Shown here one piece after another: positions 42,068 through 56,403 of a DNA stretch of 64,000 bases; within the stretch, counting starts at the first letter, position 1; each line of letters opens with the position of its first letter. Both the position numbers and the translations under genes were made by a program. Below the pieces are notes generated by a model that did not search any database, was not told the origin of the DNA, and was given only the letters and a program-made list of their open reading frames with translations. Source of the DNA: Balanoglossus misakiensis (lineage: Eukaryota > Animalia > Hemichordata); NCBI GenBank assembly GCA_040954595.2, contig CM082580.2, forward strand, positions 5,446,783 through 5,510,782. Direction: 5' to 3'.

Positions 42068-43777
42068 CATCCGTCCGACCATGGATGTACTGCAAGATCC
42101 CTTCATACAAATGAGTGTCTATGCCGCTTTATTTTGTCCGCCTGTGTCCAACAAACCGCGATATGATGTTTCGAGTGCCTTCGATCAGCCTGGATTATTG
42201 GGTGCCTCAATACATTAAATTAGTCCCATCTTGGTATCAAACCACAGTACAAATATCAACATGAAAATAATTCAAACCATATGTTCAGAACAACTGAATG
42301 TGCCTCTGAGTTACAGCCATTTGTCGTTTTTGCTGAATAAAATTTGTACCGCGGGAAAGTGTCAGGGCCTGTACAGATACCGCGACGGGGCAATCTTTCA
42401 CTTTAGTTGTAAAGTGGGTCAAGGGATATTTCAGCACTTTCGACACTAATTACAAGACGTGTCTTTGAGTGCATTGTCATCCTGTCATTATGCGGTTATA
42501 ATTTGTAATAAATGTTATCATTAGCGCGGTAATTTTCGATGTCCATCAGAAAAGAATGACTTTTAAATGACCAAATTATCAGGTTTAATCAAACTCGGAA
42601 TGTATACACTGTGCGTATAGGCCTATGCTTGTAATCGATACCAGGCGTTGATATACAAATAATGGGCGACGGTTATATGTAGTGACAGACTGTTCGCATT
42701 CGATCCCCAATCTATACCTGCCATTGAATACGATCAATCAACGGCACTGTCAAGGATGCAGGGGTCATCTGACCGAGGTTGAGATTATAAATGCGGGTTT
42801 GTGATCAATCAATCATCTACGTGATGCTCGGATATGGACGTTGTTTATACTTGTTTCTTGACAATATCGGCTCGCTCGCGGTTCATCAGTCATGGCCCTT
42901 ACTTTGTGGGTTTGCATACTAATAGTTTTTTCCTTGTCAGATTCAAAGCCCACTTAAAATAGAAATGTATATTGAATTTGATCGAAAACACGCACTCATC
43001 TATTTTTGTCTACGTTATTTTACTTTTTGTTGAAACATGTTATAAAACAGGCGAAATTGCAGTATTTCTTGTGTATACGTGGCTACCCGCCCACCACTGC
43101 CAGAAACAAAGTACCAAGTAAAATACCATCAAAAACGGGCAAAGTTGAAATAAGCGCAACTTTATTTTCTACCAACATGCATGTCAGCAAATTTTTTTGG
43201 TTGATACTCCCCAACTACGGAGACATTGACATTGGTACATGTTACATATTCTGTGACCTCGCGCCTCGACAATTGCAAAAGCCTGCATGGAATTCCCAGC
43301 TGTCTTGGTGAAAAACTCAAATTTTCAGAATTTTACCTCACGTGATCACATCACATGAGGTGTAGTATAGCAGGTGGCCATATATAGAGGGCGACATAAT
43401 GGTATGGTTTCGGACCTTCTCTGGTCTCGGTGAAGACTGGTTCCCTGCCCCTTTCGAACGCTGCTGGCGCTGCTCAACTCTAGCTTTCATAGTTCAATGT
43501 TTTAATCAAAACAATTTATAAGATTTAAAACTTCCTATCTTATTTGCTTATCACCTGTGGAAAATACCACGTCTATTTTGTGGGCAACAACAAAGAAATC
43601 GAGAGTACATATGCGATAAAATTACCTTTTTTCAATTATTGTAATTAATATTAATGTGCATCTACGCACTCGGGTAACAGCCAATCAATCGTTTGGGAGT
43701 GCGTACTTTTATGCCCATCAGGCTGCCCCAAGTCACATGATTCTGGTTTGTCGTTCAGAAAAGATCACATCCTGGAA

Positions 43778-45316
<1,539 letters not shown>

Positions 45317-45317
<1 letters not shown>

Positions 45318-46661
45318 GCCAAAAAAAAAAAGAGTTTTGTTTAGCGTCCTCGCGCGCGTCACTTTTAAACATGCGCGTCGAGGCTTTTTTTTTCGTAATT
45401 TTCAAACCCGGAAATCAACAGTTCAGTGTTTTCTCCAGGACGCGCGATCGCGCGATTCCCCCTATTTTACATTTGAAGCGCCCCTTGTAACAAGTTCAGG
45501 GGGCGACAATCGCCCCTTCGTGAACAGCCCACCCGGCCAGTACATGAGCGTCCAAGCCTCAATAGCAGGCACCGTCAGTCAAAACACTGGGAAAACGGCC
45601 GATATTACTGCGTGCTGGCCTATACATTTTAACTTCCCACCCCCCAAAACTATGTTGTAGATGACTTTCACATTCATTCACGTGTAATTTAGCTCCAGGG
45701 CTGTAGTGTGCAATTGTTGGAACAGCCTATCTGGATACCGTCTAAATTTAGAGCACACACTCTGCACTCAAGTGAACTTGTTGTTATGGCGACTTTTGAA
45801 ATTGGGTTGGCAGAACGTAACAATTTTATGCAAATTAAAGAAACTGCGTTCCTGCCATGGCGATTATCAAGAATGTATCAGTTTTCCATGACCTTGTTTT
45901 CTTACTTAGGAAGGAAAGTCATTCAATATGTACAGAGACTGTTTATTTGAGTAGTGTGCCTAGCCACAGATGGGGAAGTGTAGGCAGAAATCTGAAGAAA
46001 TATATTCCACTTCAATTTATTTAACTATTAATGGTTTCACAATCTAATATTTTGGCAGCTATAAAACTGAAACTTTTAAAATCAAACAAGAATTTTTTTC
46101 TCAGGTATAGTATTAAAGAAAGACACTATTGTTTTTGCAGTTGCATTTTTTTTTATTCATTTCACTCTACTTGCCAGGGGAGCAGTTAATCAGTCACTCT
46201 CCTACCACTTGTGTAATTAATTTCAGGAGAGTTATTTTCAGCTCTCCAGCATTTTTTAAATTACATGCCCTGAAAGTTATGCAAGCTGGTGTCTTCCTCT
46301 GCAAAATCTACTAATTTAAAGTAGAAAAAACTGTAACTGTTAATATGTTGTCAAGTTCACATGTAAAGTGTTGTAATTTACTTATGCTTTTTTTAATATG
46401 GAATGAAGGCAGTTAGTAAGTTAACCTTCAAAATTGTCATTACTTGATGTTTACCTAATTAACATAAATTATGCAAATCATGATTCCCCCCTACTTTGAC
46501 CAAATCCCCCCCCCCCTTAATTTTGGACTATTAAAGAAATATTTGCTGTTCTTGTTTCGCAGAAAAAAAAAAAGAAAAAAAAAAAAAAAAAGAAGCCGCG
46601 TCACCGCATCAATTTTGAGATTTTGCTTGGACGCTAAACAAAACTCTTTTTTTTTTTGGCC
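45317..46661. mobile_element. Non-autonomous PIF/Harbinger-type DNA transposon (1,345 bp)
   Basis: Perfect 33-bp TIRs GGCC(A)11GAGTTTTGTTTAGCGTCC and TTA duplication (45314-45316, 46662-46664). Homology to the other paralogues' 3' ends resumes immediately after the element. Confidence 0.92.
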
Positions 46662-47078
46662 TTACCTAGAATAATCCTAATGAATGGCGAGGAAGAAACG
46701 CAGTCGAATAATCAACGACCATGTGATGTAATCTGGGTGATTGTGCCGTCGTTTTAACACTGCGTGCCTCTAGCTCTACTTTCTAGAAAATTTCAGGGAA
46801 CATTTGACTAGCTATATTCTCGCGTACAGCAAAGTGTCAAACATTCGCACAGAGCAGTTCCAAAATAAAATCTTCGTAAATTCAACAATGTTTATGTTTT
46901 ACTTATTTGGTTTGACCCCACGCGACTGTGGTTTAACCCACATTTTCCCCGCTACATGCTAGTTCACGTGCCCGTGCTTTTATATGTATGCAAATTCGAT
47001 TCCTACAGACATGTTTTGGTTGATTTTAAAATTTTGAAACTCATCACTGCCTGTCCACTGTGTACAGACTGAAAGTAA

Positions 47079-49079
47079 CTACTCAAAGTCGTTGTTGATT
47101 AGTATTCGACTTTCGTCTTCGGAAATTTCACTTTCCTCGTTTTCTGGATATGCTTCTTCCTTTTCTTCGGTCGCGACTTCGTTTTCATCCGACATTTCTA
47201 CCGGCTCCGCGGGTTCTACCGGCTCAGTCTCCGGTAGAGTCTCGGGCAGCCCGGGAGAGGGTGGCGACGATACCCCATCAGGCTTTATTTCCGGGGCAGG
47301 CTGTGGCGTCGTCATCGGCGACATCTCCAACTTCGCCGCTGCAGGACCGTCATCCTTACCTCCCTCTGACCGGTGCGGTTCGGGCTCCGGGCCCCAGTTG
47401 ACGGCGGCCAGATCTGAAGAGGCCGACTTATTTTTCTCGTTCGCCCGCGGGACGATATACAGCGATGACACGTAGGACCGCGGGAGGGCGCCCGGTCTTG
47501 ACGTTGACGTCAGTGGTTCTGAGGCGTCTTCTTCTTCGTCGGTGTTTCGCCGATAAGATCTGTAGCAATACACGACTATGACGATCAAGGCCAGAAGCAG
47601 CAGAGAGAGAACCGCGGAGAAGAAAAACCTGAAAAAACAACAACCCTTTTCATCAAAATACCAGCGCGGAAGCACTGGTGAGAACAAAAAATAAAATCAA
47701 TCTTGGTACATGTAAGAGTTTTGGCGAGGTCGACCATCCTTTTTAATCCCATTTCAGCCAAACACAAAACATGATATTGCCTCTTATTTGGTGGATCTAA
47801 GAGCGTTGGAACAGTATGGGTGAAATTAGAATATATGATGAAAACAAACCTTGCATATAAACAGTGTGGCCACGTTAAAATCGGGTTTCGACCAGCACAA
47901 CTGGTGTGTTCCATTTTAACACTATTTTAATCCTGTTCAAAAAATAGACAACGAAACACAAAATGCGAAAATAACGTCACAACAGTCGAGAAAGTGGACA
48001 GACAGATGTTCGACAGACAGACGGACAGACAGAGACTGAAACAGGCAGACAGACAGACAGACAGGCAGACAGACAGACAGACAGACATTACTTACCATCT
48101 AACTATACTCATTCTCATGAGCTTTTTTTCCTGCGCTATACAGCTGTTGAAACATAAAATATGTGAAGTATTTTATTTTCGTAACAAGGATATGTCTCCG
48201 AAGTTGGTATAAAATGTCCCGCATTTCGCGAAATGCAAATTAAACGGTTATAGGAGTGGCTCAGGAACATAACCGATCTTGTCGGATGTTGTAGGTTTGA
48301 GTCATGTCACATCCCAAAGGTTAAAATCGTATTATATAATCAAACGTGTGCTTTTTACTATAGAGTTAGATCAATTGTACGCCGGGTTAGTGTCGCATAC
48401 CAGTTGCGCACCAAACATAGTTTAATGTAAGGTTTGAACCATTTATGATAAACTGTAGGAAATGTAACTGACAAGAAAACGTTCATTGTTTAAAAAGATG
48501 GCGTCGTCATATCCTCTTTCTGGGTGGATATTGGCAGGGTGAAGTAGCTGACACTAACTTGTCGCGCCCCTTGCAAAGCTCCAACCGTGGAAATCATTTG
48601 GTCAAAACTTAACCCGCTTTTCAAGCGACCATTTTTTGAAATGACACTGTCAAGAAGAAAATATTGGGCCTTTTCTTTGAAAACACCGCGAATGCAAGCC
48701 TGTTGTTAGCAAGGAAATACTTTTACTTACTCTTTGGCGTCGTCGCATGATGACGTCACCTACACAGGAAAATAGAAAGACGTGTTTATGTCCTCAGTTG
48801 CAGTAGTCGGAATACTTGAACATTTAACAAGTTACTATCCAAATTTGACAACACGGAAGCTAAAGGTTTGAGAATATGTAAAATCGGTTCCTGTTGGGAA
48901 AAGGGTACGCCAATGCCAACGAAATGTTCAATCATAATGATCAATGATGATTATACTTAAAATGCTGATAACGTACCTCATATTTCTAATACCAACAAAT
49001 CGCTACTTACCAATAAAGAACAATCCAGGAAAAAGAAGCAAAGCAGAAGATGGCTGCTTCTAATCCCGGGTGACTCCAT
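47079..49079 (-). CDS. Orphan type-I membrane protein A (~231 aa; tiny 2-Cys ectodomain, acidic tail)
   Basis: Exons 49079-49011 (signal-like MESPGIRSSHLLLCFFFLDCSLL), 48759-48731 (29 nt), 48143-48096 (48 nt) and 47628-47079. All donors are GTAAGT and the exons join in frame. TM segment FFFSAVLSLLLLALIVIVVYCY is followed by RSYRR. Confidence 0.78.
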
Positions 49080-50301
49080 TTTTGTTTTAACTCACCGAGA
49101 CGACCAAACCTAGTTTCAATCCCGTCGGTCCTTTCGGTGTCGTTAATGGCATTTGCTCATGTATCAAATTGACGTGTTTTTTTTGTGTTTTTTTTTTTAT
49201 TTAATTGCCGATGTAATACATGTTAAAGGCAACGATTATATTCATGTATGCATAATGCATACGTTCGATGTATTATTCATTGAAGTTCGAAACAAAGAAA
49301 CCATTCTCTGTGGTGTACAAAACGGTATAAAGCATAAGAAAAAAAATGACGACAGAACAATGTGTTACGTATAGTACCAATCACGATCACGATCCATGCA
49401 TGTTTAAGACATTCTCTGTTTCATGAATATGCAAATAAATATCACCATAATTCTATTCTTTCTTTTGATCGTTTAAACGTATGTATTGTTGGCCGTAAAC
49501 GAACAACCAGGTCACGAATATTATTATTAGAATAGGGTAAATGTGACTTTCCCCGGTAGAAACGTCTTCTTCCAATACGATATTGCTATAGGTACTGAAG
49601 TAAAATAAGTCGTCATTTTGACATCTGCAATGACCTGATTATGAAGTAAGGTTCAATTTTTGCTATATTATGATTAATGTGTGTGAAGAGTCTTGTGTGA
49701 GAAAAAGTTGACAACTTCTTCACGTTAGGACACCTTTCAGTTCTGGTTCTTCCCCGAGTCTGTGAGCCTTGAAGTCATCGTATAATTTGGCACTGACTCA
49801 AAGTCTGCAAGGCCAATCGGAAACTTATTGTTACATCATTTGGGGGCGGCTTCAGCGAATGTGTCATTGCTGTGGCGACGTTTTGAAATTGCATTCTGTC
49901 GCTTCAGTCGGAAGGCTTTCCCCGGGTAAGCGTTTTGTTCTCTGCTGCAGAGCCGTTTATACATGTACTTTAGTAATCGTTAACCTGTGACCCTGCACAG
50001 AGTGTCGACGTGGTCTTGTCAAGAAGCCACATATCTTCAAATACTTTGTCAGTGTGTTAGCTGTTTTGCACGACGTCCTCACAAAAAGCCTTTTGAGTCC
50101 GTTTCTCATGCTCATGTGTCAAAAGCAGCCTTAGTGACACGTGGACTGCGGTTCATTCATCATTGCACCTTCAAGGCCGATTTCTGACCTTTATGCCAAC
50201 AGAGCGTGAAAACAGAGGCTCTCACATAAACTTAAAAGGCTAGCTACACGCCAGACAGGCATTAAGGCTATTCACATAGTTGGCACGTTTCAAGAAAGTT
50301 C

Positions 50302-50442
<141 letters not shown>

Positions 50443-51516
50443 GTGGCGTGTGCTTAAAACGATACACGTGACGTTTTAAGAAAAAGGGGTGCTATTTATA
50501 GTGCTACACTTGTTCACGTTCCACGCAAGAAGATCAAACCCGATAAATTTAATATGAATTTAAATTTTATTAATTTAATAATTTTCATATTGCATTGTGA
50601 ATATGATAATCCTGAGTGTATATCCGGCAAAATCAAACGAGTATGTACGCTAGAAAAGACCAACTAATTAAAACATTCTTTAAAAATATATAAAAAGAGA
50701 TCATGGCAGAACAGTCCCAATGTGCGTCGATACTAGGAATAAAATAACTAGCTAGATGAACAACCCCAACGTATGAGCAGATGATGAACTTTGACATATT
50801 TCCCATCATCCTCTCCTTTGGCCCGCTTACACGCAAAGTTCTACCCGTTCTCATTCAATACAATGAGCATATTGCTTTCGTAAACATAACTACTTATAAA
50901 ATCTGATTATCATCATTGTGGCTTTATTTTTCGGTCACAAAATATCTTGTCAAGTTTACGAATTTCCCAGTAAAACATAGCCCTTCAAATTTATCCATCG
51001 TGTGCACTGGAGGAACTGTTTTAAAACACCCATAAATATATTTTAAACAGAAACGTGTGCGCAGTTAGTGTCAGGATTGGGAAGGGGAAATAAATAATGG
51101 AGCAATGGTTGCTCGATAGCCTAAAACATATTAACTAAAATGGGAACGATTATTGGTAACCTTCAAACTCTACTTTTAGCATATCCGAACACCCGGCCTC
51201 ACTGAGAAGTTATAACATACGGTACATGAAAATGTATTTGAAAAAAGTATTATCAGTAAATCTTATAGAGTACAGATGAAATTTCCGTTCGTAAATGTGT
51301 GATTTCAGTGTTGAAAGTTAACGACATACGTAAAAAAGAGAATAGTTGGGATTTTATCTTTAAAAAAATATTATATATTATGTGGTGATAGATTCTCTCT
51401 CGGTGGTGAATGACGTCATAGGGGACGAGAGAAAATGCGTTTTACGTATGCTGCTGTGGCATTCACCGCTGCTGTAGGCCTAGTACTGCTTTGGGTGTTT
51501 ACGAATGCCGTTGTTT

Positions 51517-54500
51517 CTATTCCTCGTCGCTGCTACTATCGCTACTACTACTGCTGCTGCTACTGCTGCTGCTGCTACTGCTCGAGTCGTCTGAACCTTT
51601 TCCTCTCTGCTTCGACTTTTTCTTCGAATCTTTAGATTTCTTCGAGCGCCGTTTCCCCTTCTTCTCAACTTCACCGTTGGCGTCGCCATCTTGTTTCTTA
51701 TCCTTCTTCCTCGACTTGATCGTTTTGCTGATTCTAGTTTTGACCTTTTTGACGAAGCCAGGTTTCTTGCGGTGCGCCGGACTCTCCTCCAGGGCAGCGG
51801 CAGACGGCGACGGTGGCTCGATCAGTTTTTCCTTTTCGTCTGCAACATCTACGTGCCTAGCCGCCACAACTGTTGGAGGAGGAGGAGGTGGTGGTGTTGA
51901 GAGCACGGTAACAGTTGTGTCTCTCGCGAGAGCGGCAGAAGCGTCGTCTGTTGTCGGTCCGTCGGCTTGGGTTGGCGGGCTGGTGCCTTCTGTCGGTAGT
52001 TCCGGTTCATGTCTGCTCCCTGGATCATTTTCGGGGGATCCACTGTCTTCGACTTGCTCGCCATCGTCTGCCACTGATCCCAGAGCTTCCGCTATTTCGT
52101 CGTCAGTTGGCTTGTCTGACACGTCCGTTTTCGCTATTTCATCTTCAGTCGGCTGGTCTAACACGTCCGTGTTCGCTATTTCATCTTCAGTCGTCTGGTC
52201 TAACACGTCGGTTTTCGCTTTTTCATCTTCAGTCGGCTGGTCTGTCACACTTGCTCCTTCCGCTGAGTTATCTGCCGTTGGTCCCCCATCTTGGATGTTC
52301 TCATCGTCGGGTTCCGGTGATTCGGGTTCGGTTACAGCGCCCTCTGCTCGGTCGATCTCTTCGTGTGGACGAGTACCATCTTCCTCTGTCTGCAAATCTC
52401 CGTCGCTTACCACTTCCAGCTGAATGGTGTAATCTGTGGGCTCTGGATCTGGCATCTCTGGTTCATTCTCATCGCCGTTCAGTTTACTCTCGTCATCTTC
52501 CCTTTCCTCGATATCGCCCGCTTTGGATTTATCGTCTGCATCCTGTGTGACACGTACTTCCGGCGCAGGTTCTGGCGCACTTGACTTCCGTTTAGTTTCT
52601 GATATCGTGGTGTAGATCACCGGTGGTTGTCGGCTCTCGGTCTCGTCGAAGTATCGCGGTGTGCCGTTTTCTCTCACTGGGGGGTCCTCGCTGGGGTCCG
52701 GCTTCGTCAGGTGGGCGACGTCACCGGGGTTTGTGTTTACACCGTTCGGGGTGTCGCCGAATGTGCCGTTGCCGAGGGGGCGCTTGGAAGCGGATTTGGT
52801 GTTCGCCGCTCCCGTTAGAGGGCGTCTATCCGAGTCGTCACCTTCTCCTCCTGTAGACTTTTTGCGCGTCATGATGCAATAGCATATGGATAAGATGAGT
52901 GATATGAGGACGACAGACACGGCCATAACGATCAAGAACCTATCAAAACGAGGAAATGGTCAAATTAAATGAGTATTTGCTCGATGATTGCGCGGCACAT
53001 ATGGTCAGATGAAGATTTAGCGGTGTGGTTTGTTTGTTTGAATGTTTGTTTTTTGTTCGTTTTTTTCTGTGTCATTCTCTGCTGAAATCTGGTGGAAATC
53101 GCTTTCAAATAAAAAATGACACATTCGTATCTCCAACTTATTATTGCGACTCTGAGAATTCATCAGAAAACTATTTCGTTGTATTGAATCACTATCTTTA
53201 CTGTCTACATTTATTTGCTTAAACATTTAGACATAATAAATATTTGTCGATATGTAAATGATTGAACATAAATAACGAGAACGAGGCTATTGACGAAACA
53301 TGTGCGACAGAATTTTAAGTTGACTTACCATTTTAGGATGTCTTCCCCAAAACTGTCAAAATCATTAGAGCCGCACCTGTAGAAATCAAATGTGCAACAT
53401 TGGCTTTTATTATGCTTGTGTTCGATGAGCTTGTAGACTGAAAGATTCGTGTGCGGGCGCTAGGGCAATGCCTTGTCGTCCCTTCACTGGTCTAAGTCAG
53501 TTTAATATTGGAACCGTACGACAACCTTGCTTTTCGTATATACTGTATTTACCGGGATGTTGCTACTCTTTATTATCTGGTAGCGATGTAGCGATTTTTT
53601 CTTGTGAGACATATTCTAAACACTTGATTCGAGTGCGGGGATTCATGATAGTTTCTCTCGTCGCCACATTGCGGATATTACGTCGGTTTACGTGAATGGA
53701 ATGCAACCCACGTTGCCTAATGCAAAATTGTTTGTTCCAAACACAATGGTCGGTCATTCATTCGGTTCGGTGACTCCGGACGGCGATTTGTGTCGGTAGT
53801 TCTATGTACCTGCGGGCAAACCCCCGACCACTCTACCATGACCGAGAATAAAACCCATTAAAGCGCAGAAAAACAACGCAAAACGTCGCCTAAATCCAAA
53901 TAAATCGTCCGGATGGACATACATCAATAGTTTTTTTTCCCTTTTTTATCGATAGCTCCTTAACGAGTGGAACTTTTATCGAGTTTCTGAGTACCCTTTA
54001 GAGTATGATATGAGCGTAACATAGAGGACACATAATTATATAAAATTGCGTCTCTTTGGCATGCGTTGTTGAACCGGCAATAAAAATTTGCGTTGAAGTA
54101 AAAGAAACTTTGAATGAATGAACTGCCTGAACTTGTCGATTGTGCCATATTTTGTCAGTGTTATTTCATTAGTGCACACACAAGTCCAAAACTTAAAAAA
54201 TATGAGAAACGAGAAGGGTGTGCGGAATCTTTCGGGTAAGTCTAGATCGTTGTTCTTTCGACCAAATTCTGAGGGGACGTAAAAACCTGTTCTACTCGAT
54301 GGTTCTTCTGCATGTATGAGCAGTTGCCACCTGCTCTAAGGGGCTCGTGTGAATAAAGAAATTTGTGGCAAAGGTATAAAACAGCCTAAGTTACTTACTC
54401 GTCGCCTTTGCATGTCTTAGATTGTACCTGCGAAAGGTAAAAAAACACATCCTTAATATTGGCCGCAAGCTAAAAGTTCAGTATCGGGCAAAACTTCTAG

Positions 54501-54700
54501 GGTGTATGGAATGCTTTGGTTGACACGCCCATTGGAACGTACGGATATGAAACACGCACATTTCAAAACACGGACGCGGGCAAACAAGAGAAAAAGTGGT
54601 GTATCGCGTGAAGTGATCACCGACTTACCGTGAGAGCTGAACTCAGAAGGATGACAACGACGAGGAGCGAGCGACACGGATTTTCTTCGGAGGACGCCAT
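51517..54700 (-). CDS. Orphan type-I membrane protein B (~523 aa; paralogue of A)
   Basis: Exons 54700-54629 (MASSEENPCRSLLVVVILLSSALT), 54427-54399 (29 nt), 53376-53329 (48 nt) and 52939-51517, with GTAAGT donors. TM segment FLIVMAVSVVLISLILSICYCIM then TRKK. The tail is acidic with four 14-aa repeats, a Lys-rich block and a poly-Ser end. Confidence 0.8.
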
Positions 54701-56403
54701 TTTTACCGCTGATTTTCGTCCCTGGAAGCACCCGGCCAGATCACGTGACCCGTGTTTTTTCCCCTGCCCATTTGCTTAATAATACAAATCGCGACCTTTT
54801 CTCCACCCCTCTCCCATTCAGACACAAATCTGTTCAGGAACAAAGAACTCTTTCAAGTTGGCGGAACAGTGTAGGTCAACGACAGCGGTAGGGTGAGACT
54901 GGACTACAAGGTACATGTATCGTGAAATTTGTGATTTGGGTCAACGACAAGTGCCAAGTACATTCTGTAGTCTGCTCAGCTGTCGTGGTCAAGAGCTCTG
55001 GGAATCTCTGTTGCGGGAGACGACACGACTGTCTTAGATTTTACACGGTTATGATAATGCTTGCATGGCACGGAACTTGAAGATTGATCACGCAGTGAGA
55101 AATACCATAGACACACTGCTGCCAATGGAACACTAGCAGCAGTGATATAAACCCCGGCCACTCCACCAAGAGTGACCGTGTAAAACATATGTTTAATTTA
55201 AATAGGGTAGATCAAATTAGGGTAGATGGATTTCCATTCGGTAGGGGTATATAGTGTACGCGGCCAGAAAGAGAGAAAGAAAGAAAGGCCAATAACCCAA
55301 ACTATCTAACTACCTATCTATCTATCTATAAACTACGCAAGACAATAAAAATGAAAGGTCACTGAAAGCATGGTTATTATCACTTATGATGTAACACTGA
55401 CTACCTTGAACCATGGATGGACGTCCACGCTTGAACAGACAAGATAGTGGATGGTCGTGTACGACCTTAATTGCAATACAAAATACGATCTCTCCTTTCT
55501 GTTAATTTAGACAGTACAGCGGTGTACGTATGTTCAGTTTTCATGAACAGGCTGTGTAGTCTGACCAATGAACTGTATATTACAAGTGCGACAGTAGGTT
55601 GGGGGCGCGGTTGTGTATGTGACGTTGCTTGATTTACAATACGTCATCCTTAAATATGAGAAGTTCGTATAGGTATTATAAATCGCCCGGTGGTGACGAC
55701 AAACTATTGTGATATGACATAACCAATTTCTATACAAAATGTGCCACTGAATAAATGTAATTAGCAATATAGCAGCATGATTTTATTTGTCTAATATGCA
55801 CATGAATTAAAAGTAATAAACATGAAAAAATATGCAAATTACAATTGTATCAGAGGACTGCAAACATTCCTAAATATGTATATATGTTCAGTGAATTAGG
55901 CTTCGTCCACACATATGAATCTGAAATCATTTTCCCACCTAAGTTAAAAGTCGACAGTCTCCTCAAGACACATACTTTAACAACCTGTGTATGGCCCATT
56001 GGTTGCTCCAATCCGATCACAATTAATGGAATTAAATCTATCCGAATTTGATCTGATCTATACCGTAATATATGTTGCTATGTGTTTAATCAAACAGGCC
56101 ACTTAGGAGCCACTTGTTTTCAACACAATAACAAAGCATAGTGCTCGATAGATTAAATAAAACGGTTACATAAAAGATGACTAAACTTTCAAATTAACAA
56201 AATGGTCCACTTATTTTTTTTTCCAAGAGGCACTGGCTTTACCATATGTGATCACATTTCATGCAAACCTTACTAATATGCAATGCGCCCTCACCTTCTT
56301 GGCGGTATGGCTAAAGGCAGTGCTCACAACCGCTCGCAAAATGGGAGAGGAAATTTTGGAAAATGCTTCTCCTTGATCAGCTCCTCCCAGACACATTCAA
56401 AAA

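Noticed and set aside
41796-42218. ORFs with CVCV/THTH/RQTD or LSLS/RERE repeats (also 35624-36355, 39934-40706, 50240-50471)
   Set aside because: Translations of microsatellites and antisense of real exons.
51491-52423. 310-aa + strand ORF with poly-Leu
   Set aside because: Antisense of the poly-Ser/Lys-rich tail of gene B.
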